A stretch of DNA of 64,000 bases, taken from assembly GCA_003009755.1 (NCBI GenBank), contig PXUB01000038.1, positions 8,946 to 72,945 on the forward strand. Reading direction: 5' to 3'. Below are positions 58,507 through 64,000 of the stretch, one piece after another. This DNA comes from Thermoplasmatales archaeon SW_10_69_26 (GTDB lineage: Archaea; Thermoplasmatota; SW-10-69-26). How positions within the stretch are numbered: the stretch's first letter is position 1; each line of letters begins with the position of its first letter. Under the pieces are notes generated by a model. That model worked only from the letters and a program-made list of their open reading frames with translations, was not told the origin of the DNA and did not search any database. The translations under genes and the position numbers were made by a program.

Positions 58507-59400
58507 ATGGCGCAGCTCTCGCTCGTCCCGTTCTCCACCGACGACGCCTTCTACGGGGCCCTCAAGGCCCACGTCTACGGCACCGTGTACGATACGGTGC
58601 TGGAGGCGTTGCGCAGCGGCAACACTCAGCCGCTGCGGATGGCACAGAACGGCAGCGAGGGTCTCAGCGTCAAGATCGGTCGCTTCACTGCGCGCAAGGC
58701 CAACAACCTGTTCGTGCCCGACGGCGGCCCGGCCAACGCCAGCGCCGAGTTCTTCGGGTTCACGAGCCACAAGGTCCGCGAGAAGCTGTCCGAGCTGGCC
58801 GACACGGACACGATCGAGAAGGTCGGCCGCGGTCTGCGCGACGCCAAGGAGTACAACTGGAACGAGACGATCGAGAAGTACCAGCTGTGCTCGTATTTGG
58901 CCTTCCGCAAGGCCACCGGCTCCGACACCTCGCTCGCGCTCGAAGCCTACCGCATCCTGCAGACCTTCGGCGAGGACGCCTTCGAAGCCAACGACTTCAT
59001 CGAGGTCTACCAGCACGTTCACGAGGAGGAGTACTCCCAATCGCGCTGGGGCAAGCGCAAGTTCAAGGAGATCGCCGAGTCCTACGACTACAAGACCTAC
59101 ATCAAGGACCGGCTGAAGGCGCTGGCCGAACGCGACCTCGTCCGCGTGGACCGCCAGGAGGGCACCTTCGAGCTCACCCGCGAGGGCGAGGACGTGGCCC
59201 ACCACTTCGGTCTCTTCATCGACGAGGTCCCCTACAAGGCCTCGTGGAATATGTGTCAAGACTGCCCGGCACGCTCGCTGTGCTGGGATCTCCAAGTCAC
59301 GGACCTGGTCCTGGACGCGATCCGGGGCGAACCGGTCGGTCCCCCAGAGGACCACGGGGCCGGGCCGATGACGAGCGGCTCCAACAACGGCGCTGGGTAA
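58507..59400 (+). CDS. Putative winged-helix DNA-binding protein with C-terminal CxxCx5C motif
   Basis: IKDRLKALAERDLVRVDRQEGTFELTREG (wHTH wing), Lys/Tyr-rich, CQDCPARSLC. Confidence 0.7.
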   Translation: MAQLSLVPFSTDDAFYGALKAHVYGTVYDTVLEALRSGNTQPLRMAQNGSEGLSVKIGRFTARKANNLFVPDGGPANASAEFFGFTSHKVREKLSELADTDTIEKVGRGLRDAKEYNWNETIEKYQLCSYLAFRKATGSDTSLALEAYRILQTFGEDAFEANDFIEVYQHVHEEEYSQSRWGKRKFKEIAESYDYKTYIKDRLKALAERDLVRVDRQEGTFELTREGEDVAHHFGLFIDEVPYKASWNMCQDCPARSLCWDLQVTDLVLDAIRGEPVGPPEDHGAGPMTSGSNNGAG

Positions 59401-59733
59401 CCTTTGCCACAACGCTCAGCTGCGCCCACGGAGCCGTCGCCCGGAGGGGCCGTCCCTCCGGGCCATCCTTCCTCTTTCCGTCGCGGACGTGCACCGTCTG
59501 CGTCGGCATCCCCGCGAGCAACCCCTCCGGCGTCGTCGCCGAGGGCAGCCTGAGGCCTCCACCGTCCTGCTCTCGTCGCCGACCTCGATCCCGTCCCCGA
59601 CCGGAAAGGGCTGCTCGAAGGGCATCGAGGCCCCCGCGATCAGGGTCTCGCCGAACCGCTGGGCCGCCAACCCACGACGACGCCGCCCACCCCCGTTCGA
59701 CATCCTTTTGCCCCGGGCCCGGCTTGCCAGCAC

Positions 59734-61431
59734 ATGTCAGGCACGCGGGCCGAGGTGGACCTGTTCGCAGCGATCGATCCCGACTGGCCGCCGCTGGACG
59801 ACGTGCGCGAAGGCTGGCAGGCCCTCGACGAGGATGGCCGAGCCCGCGTCCGGCGCCGGCTGGCCGCCGTCCTGGCCGAGATCGAGCTTGACGACGAGGC
59901 CAACGAGGCCGCCGTCCGAGGCTTCCTCTCCTTCCTGGCCCAGGTCGAACCGATCGCCATCGACGTCCCGCTGCAAGCCCTGGCGGACGCCGAGGGAGAG
60001 GATGCCCGTCTGCACGAGCGCCAGCTCGCCGACGAGGTGTTCCACGCGCTGCTGTTCGCCCACCTCGCCGAGCGCCACGGCGGCCTCGCCGAACCGATCG
60101 GTGCTGCCGAAGACCTGCTGGCCGAGATCCGCGCTCCCGAGGACCTGGCCCACCGCGCCGTCCTGTTGAACCTCATCGCGGAGGCCTGGTTCGAGACCCT
60201 CTTCGAGCACGCCGCCGAGTGGGGCCTTGCAGACTAGGTGTTCGAGATCGCGCTCGCCGACGAGGAACGCCACGTCGAGGAGGGCCACGTCCACGCCGCC
60301 GACGTCGACCCCGAGGAGATCGAGGACCTCGTCCGCGACTTCGAGGAGAAGCTGTTCGCCCTCGTCCAGCACCCCCGCATCCTGTTGCCGATCCTCGAGC
60401 TGGCCGGCGAAGACGCCGCCCGCGACTTGTCGCGCGCCTACCTCGCCACGCACGAGCAAGCCCTCGCCGAGATCGGGCTCGAACCGCCCGAAGCCGTCGA
60501 CGAGATGGCTCACACCCTCGCGGAGCTCGAGAACGACACCGACGGCATCGGGACCCCGACCCGCATCGAGCCCGAGACGAACTGGCGGCAGACGGCCCTC
60601 CACCTCTGGGACACACCCCGCAACCCGGTCATGCACGGCTGGTTCGACGTCGAGACCGAGCCGATCCCGGACGAGCTTTTAACCCCGATCGCCGTCGCCG
60701 CCGTCGGCCGCGTCTGGCACGAGTACCCCCGCGTCAACCGGTACACGCTCGGCGACGAGATCTACGAGCCCGACGGCGTCAACGTCGGCGTGCGCGTAAC
60801 TCTCGGCGACGACCACGAGGCCCTGTCCACGATCGTCGTCCCCGACGCCCACGAGCGCTCGGTGACCGACATCCAACGCATCCTGGAAGCCGGCGTCCAC
60901 GAGATGAACCGGCTGGGCCGACAGCTCGAGCCGATCGACCCGACCGAGGAGACCGAGCCGCTGCGCGCCGTGCTGCGCGACGAGGAGCTGATGAGCATGG
61001 TGCCGCCCGAAACCGTGGCCGCGCCCGTCACCGTCGCCAACTCCGGTCCCTCGGGCATGGTCGCAGGCTTCGGCGCCATGCCCGGCGCGCTCGGACAAAG
61101 CGTCGAGTTCGTGCTCGGTCGCATCGAGCAACGCCCCAGCTGGAACGGCGACCGCTACGTGCCCGCCGACCACGTGACCGTCGGCTGCTCGGCCGACCAT
61201 CGCGTCATCGACGGCCACCACGCCGGGCAAACGATGGACCGGCTACAGACGGCCCTCTCCGAGGACGCCGTCGACGAGATCCTCACCCGAGACGACACGA
61301 TCCCCGCCGACGCCGACCTGGGGGACGTCGCGCTCAGCCCGGTTGGGATGGGTACCCAGCAGGTCGAACTCATGATGTCCTGCAAGCTGCCCTTCTGGCT
61401 GGGATGGATGTGTTGGCTGTTCAAGAAGTAG
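59734..61431 (+). pseudogene. Ferritin-like di-iron domain fused to an E2-type acyltransferase catalytic domain, interrupted by in-frame TAG (60235-60237)
   Basis: E..DEVFH..E..(TAG)..DEERH ligand set spans the stop; downstream DHRVIDG motif; both ORFs are in the same frame. Confidence 0.72.
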
Positions 61432-61578
61432 GGCCGGGCCTCGCGCCCCAGAGACTGAAGGCGGCTCGCAGAGGAATATGAAAACGAGGGAGGGGGCGCC
61501 CATCGGGCCGGAGCTCGTCCTCGCCCGTCGGGCTCGGGTCCCCGCGTGCCGAGGATCGTCGCTGCTGACAAGATCCCA

Positions 61579-63282
61579 CTAACGGTGCCCGAACACGGCG
61601 TCGACCTCGTCCTCGCCGACGCGTTCGATGCGGCCGAACCCGTAGCGTTCGAACTGGACGAGATCGTCGGCGTCGTGGTCGAGGGCGGCAGGTTCGACGA
61701 CACCGGTCTCCGTGGAAGCGTCGGGGCGAAGCACGGAGGCCTCGGGGCTATCGGGAACGGCCCACTGCACGATCGGGCCCTCGCGGTCCTCGGTCGGCAT
61801 GCGGGATTCGAAGCGAGCTAGCCCGTCGCCGAGCCAGGTCGCATCGAGGCCATCCTTCAGCCGGAAGCGGGTGCCCTCCTCGAGGTCGGCCACCTCGTCG
61901 CTGGGGACGAGCACCTCGCCGGTGATCGTCATCGTGCGCACGCCGCGATCGGTGTCGTCGGGGTGGACGGCCAGCTCGGCCTCGATCGGGTCCTCGAGGC
62001 CCTCGATCGTGACCGGCGTCGGGTCCGGCACGAAGAACAGGCGGTCGGCCCGCTCGTCGAGGAGCTTGCGGTTCTCGGCCGCCAGCGTCTCGAAGCTGAC
62101 GTCGATGTCCTTCTCGGTCAGGCCGAGGTCGACCCAGAAGGTCACGATCGCTTCAGGTAGGAACCCGCGACGCCGCAGGGCCTTCAGCGTCGGCAGCCGG
62201 GGGTCGTCCCAGCCGTCGTACGCGCCGGCGGCGATGTCGGCTTGCATCGTGCTCGTCGAGAAGGTGCCGAACTCGTGCATGCCGACCCGGCCCCAGTGGA
62301 GGACCTGGGGGTACTCCCAGCCGAAGTGCTCGTAGAGGAACCGTTGCTTGCGTTCGCTGTCGGCCAGGTCCTTGCCGCGGATGATGTGGGTGGTGCCCTC
62401 GCGGTAGTCGTCGACCGCGGACTGGAAGTCCAACAGCGGCCAGACGTGGTACTCCGAGCCCACGCGGCAGTGCGGGTTCTCGTCGACGTCCACGATGCGG
62501 AAGGCGACCCAGTCCCGTAGCGCGGGGTCGTCGTGTTGCATGTCGGTCTTGATCCGGAGCACGCAATCGCCGGGCTCGTAGCCGCCCTGCATCATGCGCC
62601 GCCAGCGGCTCTTCTGCTCTTCGACGGGTTCCTCGCGGTGAGGGCAGGCCTCGGCAGCCTTCTTGTGTTCGCGGAACTGCTCGGGCGAGCACTCGCACGT
62701 GTAGGCGGCCCCGATGTCGATCGCGGTCTCCGCGCAGTCGTAGTAGGCATCCATGCGGTCGCTGGCGCGCAGCACGCGGTCGACGTCGGCGCCGAGCCAG
62801 GCGAACTCCTCCTCGAACCAGTCGTAGGCTGGACGGGATGGGGGCTTGTTCACCGGGTCGGTGTCGTCGAAGCGCAGGATCAGCGTGCCGTCGTAGAGGT
62901 CCGCGTACCGCCCGTTGATGCACATGCCCCGCGAGTGGCCCAGGGAGGGCGCACCGTTCGGGTTCGGCGCGAAGCGCATCACGACGTCGCCGCCCTCGGC
63001 GTTCGGCAGCTCGGGCAGGCCCTCGCGCTGGCTGTCCTTGGCCTCCATCTCGATCGAGCCGAGCTCGTCCAGCTCCGCACGCTGGTCGGTCTCGTCCAGC
63101 TCGTTGATCTGGCCCACGATGCGGCCCGCCACGCGGGCCACCTCGTCGGGCTGGTCCTTGTAGTCCTCGTCGTAGGACATGATGCGGCCGATCACCGCAC
63201 CCTGGTTGGCCTCACCCCTGTGGTCGAGGGCGTTCTGGAGGGCGAAGCGCCGAGCCAGCTCCTCGAGTTCGTCCGCGGACAC
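61579..63282 (-). CDS. gltX: Glutamyl-tRNA synthetase (archaeal type)
   Basis: RFAPNPNG..SLGH, LRFDDTDP, THIIRGKD, GWDDPRLPT, QFERYGF. Confidence 0.95.
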   Translation of the reverse strand: MSADELEELARRFALQNALDHRGEANQGAVIGRIMSYDEDYKDQPDEVARVAGRIVGQINELDETDQRAELDELGSIEMEAKDSQREGLPELPNAEGGDVVMRFAPNPNGAPSLGHSRGMCINGRYADLYDGTLILRFDDTDPVNKPPSRPAYDWFEEEFAWLGADVDRVLRASDRMDAYYDCAETAIDIGAAYTCECSPEQFREHKKAAEACPHREEPVEEQKSRWRRMMQGGYEPGDCVLRIKTDMQHDDPALRDWVAFRIVDVDENPHCRVGSEYHVWPLLDFQSAVDDYREGTTHIIRGKDLADSERKQRFLYEHFGWEYPQVLHWGRVGMHEFGTFSTSTMQADIAAGAYDGWDDPRLPTLKALRRRGFLPEAIVTFWVDLGLTEKDIDVSFETLAAENRKLLDERADRLFFVPDPTPVTIEGLEDPIEAELAVHPDDTDRGVRTMTITGEVLVPSDEVADLEEGTRFRLKDGLDATWLGDGLARFESRMPTEDREGPIVQWAVPDSPEASVLRPDASTETGVVEPAALDHDADDLVQFERYGFGRIERVGEDEVDAVFGHR

Positions 63283-63560
63283 ACGCCAGCAACCCCCGTC
63301 GCGGAGAAAACGCTTCCGGGTGGCTCTGGCAAGCCCTTGCGTGGGAAACCGTTCCCTGTGGCCTCGCTTCTCACGCAACGCCTAAGAGGGACGCGCTGTT
63401 AGGGATGGATCCCGGTCGCCCCGGAGCGGGATGCCCTGCTCCCGGCCTCGGGCCACCCCGGCCCGGACGGGAGGATACAAAATAGGGCGTCCCCTACCTG
63501 GGATCGCGATCACGGTCGACCTGCCCCGCCCCCTCGCCCCGGGCCCGACCCTGGGCGAGG

Positions 63561-63684
63561 ATATATATGGGATGGGTCCTTACCTGTGATCCCGACCTGG
63601 GAGCGCGACGCCGGCCCCTGCCGGTTCAGTCCGGTGCCTCGGTTCGGCGATTCGACCCCCCTACCCTGCCCGAAAGGTATATTA
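63561..63684 (+). promoter_or_regulatory. Two tandem TATA-like promoters
   Basis: ATATATAT at 63561 and BRE/TATA-like CGAAAGGTATATTA at 63671 in an otherwise GC-rich non-coding region. Confidence 0.5.
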
Positions 63685-64000
63685 GGGGGGCGCGATGTAC
63701 TCGCGTTCCCGCCGTGACCGCTCGGATGGAGCGGATCGCGGGGGACGATCCGCGCCACACAGATGGGTGGAGGGAGCATACCGCTCACGATGAACACCCG
63801 GATCCAGGGCGCGGAACATCACACGATGTGGGGATCCGAGAAACCCGGCCTCTCGCGAGGTCGTGATCTCTCGTGTCCGACGTACGAACCGAGTCACGCG
63901 AGACAGGTTGGTGAAATCTCCCTGTCCCGCTGATTCCCAATCTTCCCAACGATTGGGCCCATACATCCGGTCCTTGTGGCCGGGCTCATTCGGCTGTGCC

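Noticed and set aside
60235-60237. Genome-wide amber recoding (pyrrolysine or stop reassignment)
   Set aside because: TAG ends rpl18e, pyrG, htpX and lpdA at their expected C-termini; no pyl genes in the window
63877-63890. 14-nt reverse-complement match to the hairpin array at 8344-8357
   Set aside because: Single short match without flanking similarity; compatible with chance

Overview
Very GC-rich window from a halophilic archaeon: proteins are strongly acidic and archaeal markers are present (rpl18e-rpl13-rps9-rpoN-tRNA-Pro, PAC2 chaperone, archaeal GluRS). It may come from a non-Halobacteria lineage such as a halophilic Thermoplasmatota (inference only). Housekeeping genes include an acyl-CoA carboxylase beta subunit, pyrG, an AK6-type kinase, htpX, grpE, lipA-E1a-E1b-E2, lpdA and gltX. 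The most striking accessory feature is a locus at about 9.1-18.9 kb. It combines an FTR1 iron permease, a secreted protein with a clear C-terminal dockerin, two membrane-anchored helical proteins with cohesin-like domains and two ABC-2 ATPase/permease pairs. Two DtxR-type TTTAGG-N4-CCTAAA palindromes lie at its promoters, so it is a candidate cohesin-dockerin-assembled iron-uptake complex. Other notable features: a four-sulfotransferase/flippase/glycosyltransferase cluster; a sensor-like domain fused to MenA; an IS6 element plus a lower-GC beta-helix island between E2 and E3; a ferritin-like/E2-acyltransferase fusion broken by an in-frame TAG; and unrelated tandem hairpin chains that begin at gene 3' ends and show compensatory changes. 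Four single-base reading-frame lesions suggest assembly errors or recent decay. All calls were made by eye from motifs; no database searches were run.
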